Origin: a bacterium
Lineage (GTDB): Bacteria; Sysuimicrobiota; Sysuimicrobiia; Sysuimicrobiales; Humicultoraceae
Assembly: GCA_041497675.1 (NCBI GenBank)
Contig: JBGQGY010000060.1
Coordinates: forward strand, 1-21,541
Length of the DNA stretch: 21,541 nt
Reading direction: 5' to 3'
Both the position numbers and the translations under genes were made by a program. Positions 7,876-16,485 of this stretch are shown piece after piece. Each line of letters starts with the position of its first letter. Within the stretch, counting starts at the first letter, position 1. The notes beneath the pieces were generated by a model. The model did not search any database. It worked only from the letters and a program-made list of their open reading frames with translations, and was not told where the DNA came from.

Positions 7876-9138
7876 ATGCGTGCGTCGGCGGCCTCGCCGT
7901 GGCTTTCCGAGTGGGCCCGGCGCTCGCTCCTCCTCGATTATGAGAATGAAGACCTTCCCAGCCCAGTCCTGAACTCGCACCGGATGGCCGACATCGGCGC
8001 CGGGTTGGACGGCGTCGTGAACCTGTCGGCCGGCGGGCAGATTCACCGCCAGCCGCCCGGCTTTGTCGTCGACGCCGTGCGCCGTGCCGTCGACGAAGGA
8101 CGCTTTCACTACCCCGGGGTCCGGGGCGACGCGGATCTGCGCGCGGCGCTGGCCGAAAAGCTCGCGCGCGACAACGGCATCATCGCCGACCCCGCCTCCG
8201 ACATCCTGCCGACCATCGGCGCGCAATTCCCGATCGACGGGACGCTGCGCATTTTGGTGAACCCCGGTGACGACGTGTTGCTGATCGATCCCGAGTACGC
8301 GTCGCTGGAACCGGTCATCAGGCTGTACGGCGGCCACGTGATCCCGGTGCCCCTCCACGACACTCCGTCGGGCTGGGTGTTCGATCCCGACGACCTGCGG
8401 CGCCGCATCACCCGCCGGACGAAGCTCTTCTGCTTCTCCAACGGCAACAACCCCACCGGGTATCTGTACACGCGCGGCGACCTTGACGCGATCGCCGGTC
8501 TGGCCCGCGAGCACGACTTCTTCGTCTTCTCCGACGAAGAGTACGAAAAGCTCGTGTTCGACGGGCGGCCGCACCACAGCATGGCGGCCGTGCCGGGGAT
8601 GGCTGAGCGCACCGTGACGGCGTTTTCGTTCTCAAAAGCGTACTGTCTGTCCGGGCTGCGCATCGGATACATGGTGGGCCCGGCGGCGATTATGGACCAC
8701 ATGTACAATGTGATCCGCTTCAGCATCCAGGCAGTCGGGGCGCTGGGGATGCGCGCGGCGCTCGCGACGCTGCGCGGCCCGTCGGAGCCCTGGCTGCGCG
8801 AGACCGTAGCTGACCTCCAGGCCGACCGCGACTATGCCGCCGCCCGGCTGAACGCCATGCCTGGCGTGCGGGTCCATCCTCCGATCGGATGTTACTTCCT
8901 CTATTGCCGCGTCGACGCGGGTGGCCTGCCCTCGTGGAAACTGGCGGAGTACCTGCTCACGGAGGCACGCATCTCGGTCATCAGCGGGCACCAGTTTGGG
9001 CGGTCGGGACGATCGTATCTTCGGATCAGTGGGTGTGTGGGACGGGAGCGGCTGGAGGAAGGACTGAATCGGATGGAGCAAGCGCTGGCGCGCCTGTCCA
9101 CACAGGCGCCGGCGCCATCAACGGCACGGTCCAGTTGA
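7876..9138 (+). CDS. PLP-dependent aminotransferase class I/II (AspC-like)
   Basis: LRAALAEKL, NPGDDVL, NNPTG, SDEEY, SFSKAYCLSGLRIG (PLP Lys) and YLRIS. ATG 7876 follows AGGAG with only a 3-nt spacer, so the start is uncertain. Confidence 0.92.
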   Translation: MRASAASPWLSEWARRSLLLDYENEDLPSPVLNSHRMADIGAGLDGVVNLSAGGQIHRQPPGFVVDAVRRAVDEGRFHYPGVRGDADLRAALAEKLARDNGIIADPASDILPTIGAQFPIDGTLRILVNPGDDVLLIDPEYASLEPVIRLYGGHVIPVPLHDTPSGWVFDPDDLRRRITRRTKLFCFSNGNNPTGYLYTRGDLDAIAGLAREHDFFVFSDEEYEKLVFDGRPHHSMAAVPGMAERTVTAFSFSKAYCLSGLRIGYMVGPAAIMDHMYNVIRFSIQAVGALGMRAALATLRGPSEPWLRETVADLQADRDYAAARLNAMPGVRVHPPIGCYFLYCRVDAGGLPSWKLAEYLLTEARISVISGHQFGRSGRSYLRISGCVGRERLEEGLNRMEQALARLSTQAPAPSTARSS

Positions 9139-9159
9139 CAACAGGTGACAGGAGGCGCA

Positions 9160-9894
9160 ATGGCTGAACAGGAACGAGTGTTGGTCGTGAGCGCGCACGC
9201 GGCAGATTTCTGCATCCGCGCGGGGGGGACGTTGTCGCGTTACGTGGCGGCGAAAGCGCCTGTCAGGGTCCTGGTGCTGAGCCCGGGCGCGCGCGGCGAG
9301 TCGAACGAACTGTGGCGCGCCAAGGGCGGCAAGACGACCGAAGCCGAAGTCGCCGCCGTGCGGCATAAAGAGGCCGAGGCCGCCGCCGCGATCCTGGGCG
9401 TCGAGGTGGCCTTCTTCGGGATTCCGGACCAGCCCCTGACGATCAATCGCGAGCGCCTGATGGGTCTCGTCAGACAGTTGCGCCAGTTCAGACCCACGAT
9501 CGTGCTGACACACCCGCGCAAGGAACCGTACAACCCCGATCACAGCGCCGCGTGTCTCGCCGCCATCGACGCCGCCTACTACGCGACGCTCGCCGGGGTC
9601 GAACCCGACCTGCCGGTCGTGCCGCCGGTGCAAATCCTGGCGTTCGAGCCGACGCAGCCGATGGCCGAGGTGGCGGAGTTCGTGCCCGACACCTACGTCG
9701 ACATCACCGACGTCATGGACACCAAGATGCGCGCGGTCGCCGAGTACAAGACCCAGCCGTACCACGTCGATCGCTACCGCGCCCGGGCCGTCGCCCGCGG
9801 AACGCAGGCCGCGTATCTCACGGGGAATACCGCCATCCAGTATGCTGAGGCGTTTCAACGCTACACCCCGTGGATTGGCAGGAACCTGCCGTGA
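9160..9894 (+). CDS. PIG-L/LmbE-family metalloenzyme, GalB (4-oxalomesaconate hydratase)-like subgroup
   Basis: SD GGAGG at 9151-9155 and ATG at 9160. Motifs LVVSAHAADF (HxxD), RAGG, GARGES..LW, EAEAAAAILG, PYNPDH, FEPTQP, PDTYVDIT and YAEAF. It resembles GalB-type proteins as I recall them rather than canonical HPDD deacetylases. Confidence 0.88.
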   Translation: MAEQERVLVVSAHAADFCIRAGGTLSRYVAAKAPVRVLVLSPGARGESNELWRAKGGKTTEAEVAAVRHKEAEAAAAILGVEVAFFGIPDQPLTINRERLMGLVRQLRQFRPTIVLTHPRKEPYNPDHSAACLAAIDAAYYATLAGVEPDLPVVPPVQILAFEPTQPMAEVAEFVPDTYVDITDVMDTKMRAVAEYKTQPYHVDRYRARAVARGTQAAYLTGNTAIQYAEAFQRYTPWIGRNLP

Positions 9895-11099
9895 GCCTGT
9901 CAGACCATTTTATCCCCACGCGTCTTCGGGATTTCAGACCGCGCGACAGCGGCGGCGGCGAGCGGGTCAGGCTGCAGAATCTGGCACGGGGATTGAAGGA
10001 CGTCATCAATCTGAACTCCGGGGATCCGGACCTCACCGCGGCGCCCGTCGCCGTCGAAGCCGCCGTCGATGCGCTGCGCGCGGGTAAGACGCACTACGCG
10101 CACGGCGGCCTCCCGGAGCTGCGCGCGGCGATCGCCCGCAAGTGCGCCTCGGAGAACGGCTATCTCGTCGATCCCGAGACGCAGCTCATCATCACCAACG
10201 GCAGCGCCGAGGCCGCGTCGGCGATCTTCCAGACACTACTCGAAGCCGGCGATGAAGTCCTCACCACCGATCCCTACTACAGCGGGCACGTCTCGGCCAT
10301 CATCGCCGCCCGCGGGGTGCCGGTGTTCGTGCCGACGCGAGGCGAGGACCTGTGGGAACCCGATCCGGCGGAGGTCGAGCGACGCATCACGCCGCGCACG
10401 AAGGCGTTCATCTTCGCCAACCCAGGCAATCCCACGGCGGTGGTGTGCCGCCGCGAGACCCTCGAGGCGCTGGTGGACATCGCCAACCGCAGGAATATTC
10501 TGATGATTCCGGATGAGTTGTTCGAACGATACGTCTACGACGGCCGGCGTCACGTGAGCATGGCGTCGCTGCCGGGCGCCCAGGATCGAGTCATCACGGT
10601 CAACGGTTTCTCCAAATCCTACTGCATGACCGGGTGGCGTCTGGGGTGGATCGCCGCGCCGGCGTGGCTGGCCGAGCCGGTGGCGAACATGCGCTACGCG
10701 CTGTCGATGGTCGCCGGGACGCCGAACCAGTGGGGCGCGATCGCGGCGCTGTCTGACGCCGCGCGCCCCTACTACGACGAGGTGTACCGGACGTACGGCG
10801 AGCGCCGCGCGTACTTCTACAACGCGCTCACGCAGATGGGATTGCCGCAGCGTCCCACGCCGGGCGCGTTCGTGGGGATGGTGGACATCCGCCCGACACG
10901 GCGAAGCGGGTCAGAGGTGTCCGAACGGTTCTTGCGCGACGCCCGCGTATTCATCTGGCCCGGCACGGCCTTCGGCTCGTGCGGCGAAGGCTACCTGCGC
11001 GTCGGTCTGATCAAGCCGATCGAGGTCTTGAAGGACATGATGCGGCGGATCGAACCGGTGGTCGCCGGTCTGCTCGCGAGCGTCCCCAGCCCCAGGTAG
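9891..11099 (+). CDS. PLP-dependent aminotransferase class I/II (AspC-like)
   Basis: GTG start overlaps the upstream TGA (GTGA, 9891-9894). INLNSGDPD, THY..GLPELRAAIA, NPGNPT, DELF, NGFSKSYCMTGWRLG, PGTAFG and GEGYLR. Confidence 0.93.
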   Translation: MSLSDHFIPTRLRDFRPRDSGGGERVRLQNLARGLKDVINLNSGDPDLTAAPVAVEAAVDALRAGKTHYAHGGLPELRAAIARKCASENGYLVDPETQLIITNGSAEAASAIFQTLLEAGDEVLTTDPYYSGHVSAIIAARGVPVFVPTRGEDLWEPDPAEVERRITPRTKAFIFANPGNPTAVVCRRETLEALVDIANRRNILMIPDELFERYVYDGRRHVSMASLPGAQDRVITVNGFSKSYCMTGWRLGWIAAPAWLAEPVANMRYALSMVAGTPNQWGAIAALSDAARPYYDEVYRTYGERRAYFYNALTQMGLPQRPTPGAFVGMVDIRPTRRSGSEVSERFLRDARVFIWPGTAFGSCGEGYLRVGLIKPIEVLKDMMRRIEPVVAGLLASVPSPR

Positions 11100-11102
11100 C
11101 AG

Positions 11103-12476
11103 ATGCAGGATATCTATCGATACATCGACGAGCACCGCGATGAGATCCTCGCCGACTTCTTCACGTTTCTGCGCCAACCCAGCATCTCGGCGCAGAAGAT
11201 CGGGCTTGACGAGTGCTGCGACCTGCTGGTGCGTCTCATGGCCAAAGATGGGCTGCCGGTGCGGAAGATGCCGGTCGAGGGCGGCCCGCCCATCGTCTTT
11301 TCGGACATCCGGGCGAAGCGCAGCGCGAAGACGCTGTTGTGCTACGCGCACTACGACGTCCAGCCGGTCGAGCCGCTCGATCTGTGGGTGTCGCCGCCGT
11401 TTGAGCCCACGATCCGCGATGGGGTCATCTTTGCCCGCGGGGCCACCGACAACAAGTCGGGGGCGCTCGCCTTTTGGAAGGCCGCGCAGGCGTTCAAGGC
11501 CGTCCGCGGCGACGTGCCCTGCCACCTCAAGTTCGTCATCGAAGGCGAGGAGGAGATGGGGAGCCCCCACTTCCTCCCCTGGGTCGAGCAGAACGCGGCG
11601 ATGCTGGCCTGCGACGCATCGACCTGTCTGGACGGGCCGGCCGACCACTCGAACAAACTGCCGGCCATCAAGTTGGGGGTCAAAGCGATCCTCTACGTCG
11701 AGTTGCGGCTGAGGATGAACGAGAAAGACGTCTGGTCGGGCTACGCCGGCTGGGTGCCCAGCCCCGTGTGGCGGATGCACAAGCTGCTGTCGACGATGCT
11801 CGATCCCGAGACCGGCCGCATCCTGATCGACGGGTGGTACGATGACCTGCTGCCGATCGAGCCCGACGATGAGGAACTGCTCCGTCAATCGTTTCCCAGG
11901 TTCGATGAGGCCGAAACCAAACGCGAACTCGGTATCACACAGTTTGCCTGGGGCATGGACGCGTGGGAGGCCGTGAAGCGACGACACTACGGGCCGACCG
12001 CAAACATCTGCGGGATCGTGGCCGGCTACACGGGCGAGGGCGGGAAGACGATCATCCCCAACGAGATCAAGGTCAAGATGGACTTCCGTTGCCCGCCGAA
12101 TCTCGAACCCGCCAAGCAGTTGGAGAAACTCCGCGCGCACCTCGGAAAGCATGGTTTCGATGAGGTCGAATTGATCGTGCACACCGCGCGGGCCAACCCG
12201 TACAAGACGTCGCCGCGCGAGCCGATCGCTCAGGCCGTCATCCGCGCCGCCGACCAAGTCTTTGGGGGCATGCCAACGGTCTACGGTATCTCGACGAACG
12301 GGCTGATCAAGGTGCACGTGCCGCATCCCGCAGTGCTCGCGGGGTTCGCGGACCCCGACTGCCGGCTACACGCGCCGAACGAGAACATGCCGGTGGACCG
12401 GCTCTTCAAGGGGATCAAGTTCGCGGCGACAATCATGGAAGAGTACGCGAAGACGGTCGGGCAGGCCGGACCATGA
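11103..12476 (+). CDS. M20/M25/M40 family metallo-hydrolase (dipeptidase/deacylase-like), metal ligands intact
   Basis: YAHYDVQP, W.SPPFEP, ARGATDNK, EGEEEMGSP, CLDG and LHAPNEN. Confidence 0.94.
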   Translation: MQDIYRYIDEHRDEILADFFTFLRQPSISAQKIGLDECCDLLVRLMAKDGLPVRKMPVEGGPPIVFSDIRAKRSAKTLLCYAHYDVQPVEPLDLWVSPPFEPTIRDGVIFARGATDNKSGALAFWKAAQAFKAVRGDVPCHLKFVIEGEEEMGSPHFLPWVEQNAAMLACDASTCLDGPADHSNKLPAIKLGVKAILYVELRLRMNEKDVWSGYAGWVPSPVWRMHKLLSTMLDPETGRILIDGWYDDLLPIEPDDEELLRQSFPRFDEAETKRELGITQFAWGMDAWEAVKRRHYGPTANICGIVAGYTGEGGKTIIPNEIKVKMDFRCPPNLEPAKQLEKLRAHLGKHGFDEVELIVHTARANPYKTSPREPIAQAVIRAADQVFGGMPTVYGISTNGLIKVHVPHPAVLAGFADPDCRLHAPNENMPVDRLFKGIKFAATIMEEYAKTVGQAGP

Positions 12477-12793
12477 TCCTCGGTGTGCTGGTCGGCTTCG
12501 TTGTCATCGGCGTGCTGAGCCCGCTTCCGGTCCTCGGTCCGATCCTCGGTGGGTTCGTGGCGGGGTACATCGTCAGAGGCGGCGCTGGGCGGGGTGCGAT
12601 CGCCGGGTTGATCAGCGGGCTCCTTGGCAGTCTCCTGATCTGGCTGCTCCTCTCCCTAGTGGGGGCAGCCCTGGCCGGTATCTACGGGGGGCTGATCGGC
12701 ACGGTGATCGGAGCAGGGTTCGTCCTGCTCTCGCTATACACCGGCGTGCTCGGGCTCATCGGCGGCGCGATCGGCGGCGCCGTCCGATCGTGA
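12473..12793 (+). CDS. Small Gly-rich membrane protein (resembles DUF5518)
   Basis: ATGA overlap with the M20 stop. 106 aa, almost entirely hydrophobic, with GxxxG repeats (GPILGGFVAGY; GLIGGAIGG). The DUF assignment is from recall. Confidence 0.75.
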   Translation: MILGVLVGFVVIGVLSPLPVLGPILGGFVAGYIVRGGAGRGAIAGLISGLLGSLLIWLLLSLVGAALAGIYGGLIGTVIGAGFVLLSLYTGVLGLIGGAIGGAVRS

Positions 12794-13693
12794 GGCGTGC
12801 GCGAGCCACAATCCGAGCACGACGCACGCGAGACCCAGGACGGCCATCGCCGACAGGGTCTCCCCGAGCAGTAGCGTGCCCAACACGGCCGCCGTCAGGG
12901 GGCCAAGCGCCAGAAACGCCGCCACTCTCGTCGGCGTCGTGTGATTCAAGGCCCACAGCCAGAGAAAGTACCCGACACCGCTGCTCGCGCCGATGAACAC
13001 GACCGCGAGCCAGCCGGTCCGGGTGAAGTGCGGCCACGCGGTGAAGAACCCTTCGCCGGCGGCGAGCACGGCGAGAAACCCCAGCGAGGCGAGCATCGCC
13101 AGCGCGCTCACGGCCAGCGTCGGGTACTTCCGGAGATAGGGCCGGTAGAGAACGCTGCAGACGGCGCCGCTCAAGACGCTGCCGAGCACGGCCAGCTCGC
13201 CAATCCATTGATGAGGTGCGCCGCCTCGTTCGAAAGCCTTCTCTCCGAGCGCACACCCCACACCAACGATCGTCAGCAGCACGCCAAGCGTTGTCGCCAC
13301 GCTGAGCCGCTCGCGCCCGAGCGCCGCCGCCACGATCATCGTCAAGAGGGGGAACGTGCCGAAGATCAGCGCGGCGTGGACCGCTGAGATCGACTGCAGC
13401 CCGTAGTTCAACAAGCCGATCAGGATGCCGAATTGCGCGATCCCCAGCAACCCGATCGGCGCCAGATCGCGCCGCTCGAACCGCACGCGCGGTGAGGCCA
13501 GCACGACCGGCAGCAGGAAACACAGGGCGATCGCATACCGCAGCAGCGCGAGCGACGCCGGGGCGCTTTGGCCGATGACGAATCGGGTCGCCACGATCGC
13601 CGAACCCACCTGGACGCCGGTGACGGCCGCCGCGGCCACGGGCAAGGCTCGGATGAGCGAGGTCGGCGCGCGCGTCAGAGCGTCAGTTCCCAT
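12734..13693 (-). CDS. DMT superfamily / EamA transporter
   Basis: About 10 hydrophobic segments in two repeats, with P..LALLRY, LGRERLS, GVLLTIVGV, YFLWLWAL and LLLGETLS. The exact start is uncertain because it overlaps the end of the upstream gene by 19 nt. Confidence 0.9.
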   Translation of the reverse strand: MGTDALTRAPTSLIRALPVAAAAVTGVQVGSAIVATRFVIGQSAPASLALLRYAIALCFLLPVVLASPRVRFERRDLAPIGLLGIAQFGILIGLLNYGLQSISAVHAALIFGTFPLLTMIVAAALGRERLSVATTLGVLLTIVGVGCALGEKAFERGGAPHQWIGELAVLGSVLSGAVCSVLYRPYLRKYPTLAVSALAMLASLGFLAVLAAGEGFFTAWPHFTRTGWLAVVFIGASSGVGYFLWLWALNHTTPTRVAAFLALGPLTAAVLGTLLLGETLSAMAVLGLACVVLGLWLAHASRSDGAADRAADEPEHAGV

Positions 13694-14604
13694 GTCTCCT
13701 CGACGAGATCGTGACCGAAGCTGTGGTGCGGCCCGCGGTGAACCACTTGGAAACCGGCCTTCTCATAGATGTGGCGGGCCGCGCGGAGGACGTCGTTGGT
13801 CCACAGGGTGATCTTCCGGTAGCCCACCTGGCGGGCAAAGCGGATACACTCGTCAACCAGGCGTGTCCCCAGCCCGAGCCCGCGCGCCTTCGGCTCGACG
13901 AGCAGCAAACGTAGTTTGGCGACCGTCTTGGACTTCTTGACGAAAAACACGCAGCCGAGAATCTGGCCATCCTGCTCGGCGATCCAGCAGCGCTCGTGCT
14001 TTGGGTCGAAGTGCTCGATGAATGTCGCCACGATGCCCGCGACCAGAGCCTCAAACCGCTCGTCCCATCCGTATTCCTGCGCGTAGAGCGCGCCGTGCCG
14101 GTGCACGACCCAACCCATGTCACCGGGGCCGTGCGGCCGGAGCACGTATGGAGCCCGTGGCTCAGCGCGTACGGCCACCAGTCCCTCGATGGCGCTCATC
14201 GCTTCGACCAGACGGCGCTGTTCGTCGGGGCCCAGGCGCTTCAGGATCGCCCCAATCTGCCGGCGCGCGCGTGTCTCGAGGGGGCCGACGACCCTCCGCC
14301 CCTGGGCGGTCAGCGAGAGCACTCTCTGTCGGCCGTCACCCTCGGCGGTAGTCTTCCCGATGAGACCGCGCGTCTCGAACCCCTGCAGGATGCGGCTCAG
14401 GTAGCCTTTGTCGAGACCGAGATCGTCGGCCAGTTCGCTGGCTGTGGGTTTCTCGCGGTGCGCCAGCTCGTAGAGTACGCGCACCTGGGTCAGCGAGAAC
14501 GGGCTGTCGAGATAGCCCCGGTTGAGTACGCCGATCTGCCGGGTGTAGAAGCGGTTGAAGCGCCGCACGGCATCGACGCGCCGGCCAAAATCAGTTTGGA
14601 CCAT
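13675..14604 (-). CDS. Bifunctional MarR-family HTH regulator / GNAT acetyltransferase
   Basis: N-terminal winged HTH: VRRFNRFYTRQIGVL, SLTQVRVLYEL, LGLDKGYLSRIL, DGRQRVLSLT. C-terminal GNAT: PGDMGWVVHRHG.LYAQEYGWD, ARGLGLG.RL (acetyl-CoA motif A), LWTND.L.AARHIYEKAGF. ATG 14604 was preferred because TTG 14619 lies inside the operator. Confidence 0.94.
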   Translation of the reverse strand: MVQTDFGRRVDAVRRFNRFYTRQIGVLNRGYLDSPFSLTQVRVLYELAHREKPTASELADDLGLDKGYLSRILQGFETRGLIGKTTAEGDGRQRVLSLTAQGRRVVGPLETRARRQIGAILKRLGPDEQRRLVEAMSAIEGLVAVRAEPRAPYVLRPHGPGDMGWVVHRHGALYAQEYGWDERFEALVAGIVATFIEHFDPKHERCWIAEQDGQILGCVFFVKKSKTVAKLRLLLVEPKARGLGLGTRLVDECIRFARQVGYRKITLWTNDVLRAARHIYEKAGFQVVHRGPHHSFGHDLVEETWELTL

Positions 14605-14605
14605 G

Positions 14606-14641
14606 GTTGACACTGTCAACTATTTAGTTGACTCTGTCAAC
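14606..14641 (-). promoter_or_regulatory. Tandem palindromic operators GTTGAC-N3-GTCAAC overlapping a probable sigma70 promoter of the MarR-GNAT gene
   Basis: GTTGACactGTCAAC at 14606-14620 and GTTGACtctGTCAAC at 14627-14641. On the minus strand: TTGACA (14640-14635), 17 nt, GACAGT (14617-14612), 7 nt, then ATG 14604. Confidence 0.85.
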
Positions 14642-14646
14642 TGATC

Positions 14647-15549
14647 CTACGATAGATTTCGAAGACGGGGGTCGAGCGTGTCCCGCAGCGCGTCCCCCAA
14701 CACGTTGATCGACAGCACCGTCAGCATCAGGGCCAGCCCGGGAAACGTGACCAGCCACCAGGCGCGCTCGATGTACGTCCGTCCCTCGCTCAGCATGCCC
14801 CCCCACGACGGCACGGAGGGCGGGATCCCCAAGCCTAAGAACGACAACGACGCCTCGGCAATGATCACGCCGGCCACCGAGAAGCTGGCGATGACGATCA
14901 CCGGCGCCATGGCATTGGGCAGGATGTGCCGCACCAGGATGCGCGGCGTCGACGCGCCGATCGTCCGCGCCGCTTCAACGAACTCGGTCTCACGCAACCC
15001 CAGCACCTGCGCGCGGGTGAGCCGGCAGTACTGCGCCCAACCTGTGAGACCGAGCACCAGGATGACCTTGCTCAACCCCGGCCCGAGCACGGCCAGGATG
15101 GCGATGGCCAATAAGATGAAGGGAAACGCCAGCTCGAAGTCGGCCAGCCGCATGATCACGTCGTCGACGAGCCCGCCGTAGTAGCCCGCGACGAGCCCCA
15201 GGCTGACGCCCACGACGCCTGAGACGGCCACGGCCGAGACACCGACTAGCAGGGACACCCGCGCGCCATACGCCAGACGGCTCAGCAGATCGCGCCCCAG
15301 GTGATCCGTGCCGAGCATGTGCTCGGCGCTCCCACCGGCCGCCCACACGGGCGGTAGGAGGCGATTCTTGATATCGAGTCCCGCCGGGCTCTGGTGGGTG
15401 ATCAGCGGCGCCCCCACCGCGATCACGACAACCAGCGTGAGGATGCCCGCGCCGAGAAGCGCGCCGGCGGCGCGGGCACCGGTGACCGGGCCGAGGCGCA
15501 GGCGGTGCCGCTGGGGGAGCGCCGATGCCGAGGCCGAGGCCGCCGCCAC
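14647..15549 (-). CDS. Peptide/nickel-type ABC transporter permease, DppC/OppC-like
   Basis: HMLGTDHLGRDLLSRL.YGARVSL, EFVEAARTIGAS, RHILPN, EASLSFLGLG, PSWG and GDALRDTLDPR. Confidence 0.95.
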   Translation of the reverse strand: MAAASASASALPQRHRLRLGPVTGARAAGALLGAGILTLVVVIAVGAPLITHQSPAGLDIKNRLLPPVWAAGGSAEHMLGTDHLGRDLLSRLAYGARVSLLVGVSAVAVSGVVGVSLGLVAGYYGGLVDDVIMRLADFELAFPFILLAIAILAVLGPGLSKVILVLGLTGWAQYCRLTRAQVLGLRETEFVEAARTIGASTPRILVRHILPNAMAPVIVIASFSVAGVIIAEASLSFLGLGIPPSVPSWGGMLSEGRTYIERAWWLVTFPGLALMLTVLSINVLGDALRDTLDPRLRNLS

Positions 15550-15558
15550 CCGTCGTCT

Positions 15559-16485
15559 CTACTGGTACCGGATTCTCGGGTTCAACGTCGCGTAGAGCAG
15601 GTCGACCAGCAGGTTCACGCCCACGAAGGTCACGGCCAGCATCGTCACGCCGGCCTGCACCACCGGAAAGTCCTTGTTGCCGATGGCCTGGATCAGCGCG
15701 CGGCCCACGCCGGGCCAGGCGAAGATCGTCTCCACGATCACCGACCCGCCGAGCAAGAATCCCAACTGCAACCCGATCACCGTCACGACGGGGATCAACG
15801 CGTTGCGCAGCGCATGCCGGTAGACGACGCCGAGCTCGGGGACCCCCTTCGCGCGGGCAGTGCGGACGTACTCCTGGTGCATCACTTCGAGCACGGATGA
15901 ACGCGTCAGCCGTGCGTTGCGTGCCATCGGAAACGCCGCGAGCGTGATGCCGGGGAGCACCAGGTGGAGCCACGTCCCGCGCCCCGAGATCGGCAGCAGG
16001 TGCAGGTAGACGCCGAAGAGCATGATGAGGACGATCCCCAGCCAGAAACTGGGCACCGACTGTCCCAAGAGCGCAAGCAGCATCGCGCCGGCGTCGACCA
16101 CGCTGCCGCGGCGTGTCGCCGAGATCACGCCGAGCGGCACGCCGAGCCCCACGGAGAGCGCGAAGGCCACCGCGCCGAGCTGCACGGTGGCCGGGACGCG
16201 CTCCCAGATGACTTCAAACGCCGGACGGTGGTGCCGGAGCGATTCGCCGAAGTCGCCGCGCGCGGCGTGGGTGAGAAACCCCAGATACTGCACCAGCCAG
16301 GGACGGTCGAACCCCCGCGCCCGCCGGAACTCCTCGATCTGCTGTTGGCTCATGACGTCGGCGGCCGAACCCAGCAGCAGTTCGGTCGGATCGCCGGTGA
16401 GAAACAGCAGCGCAAAGGACGCTACGCTCACCATCAGCACGACGACCAGCATCTGTGCGAGTCGCCGGGTCAGATACGCGGGCAT
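15559..16485 (-). CDS. Peptide/nickel-type ABC transporter permease, DppB/OppB-like
   Basis: GDP, GFDRP..VQY, GDFGES, PSFWLG, EYVRTARAKG, HALRNALIPV, ETIFAWPGVG and DFPVVQ. Confidence 0.95.
   Translation of the reverse strand: MPAYLTRRLAQMLVVVLMVSVASFALLFLTGDPTELLLGSAADVMSQQQIEEFRRARGFDRPWLVQYLGFLTHAARGDFGESLRHHRPAFEVIWERVPATVQLGAVAFALSVGLGVPLGVISATRRGSVVDAGAMLLALLGQSVPSFWLGIVLIMLFGVYLHLLPISGRGTWLHLVLPGITLAAFPMARNARLTRSSVLEVMHQEYVRTARAKGVPELGVVYRHALRNALIPVVTVIGLQLGFLLGGSVIVETIFAWPGVGRALIQAIGNKDFPVVQAGVTMLAVTFVGVNLLVDLLYATLNPRIRYQ

Noticed and set aside
9134..9148. GTTGAC half-site resembling the MarR operator
   Set aside because: The second half (GTCAAC) is absent, and the site overlaps a stop codon inside an operon.
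10911..12326. 471-aa minus-strand ORF (likewise 5031-6056, 17448-18905 and 17962-19362 on the plus strand)
   Set aside because: They lie antisense to well-supported genes. Long stop-free shadow frames are common at high GC, and none has family motifs.
15520..15549. GCCGAG-type short tandem repeat
   Set aside because: It encodes the low-complexity AAASASASA N-terminus of the permease and is too short to call a contingency repeat.
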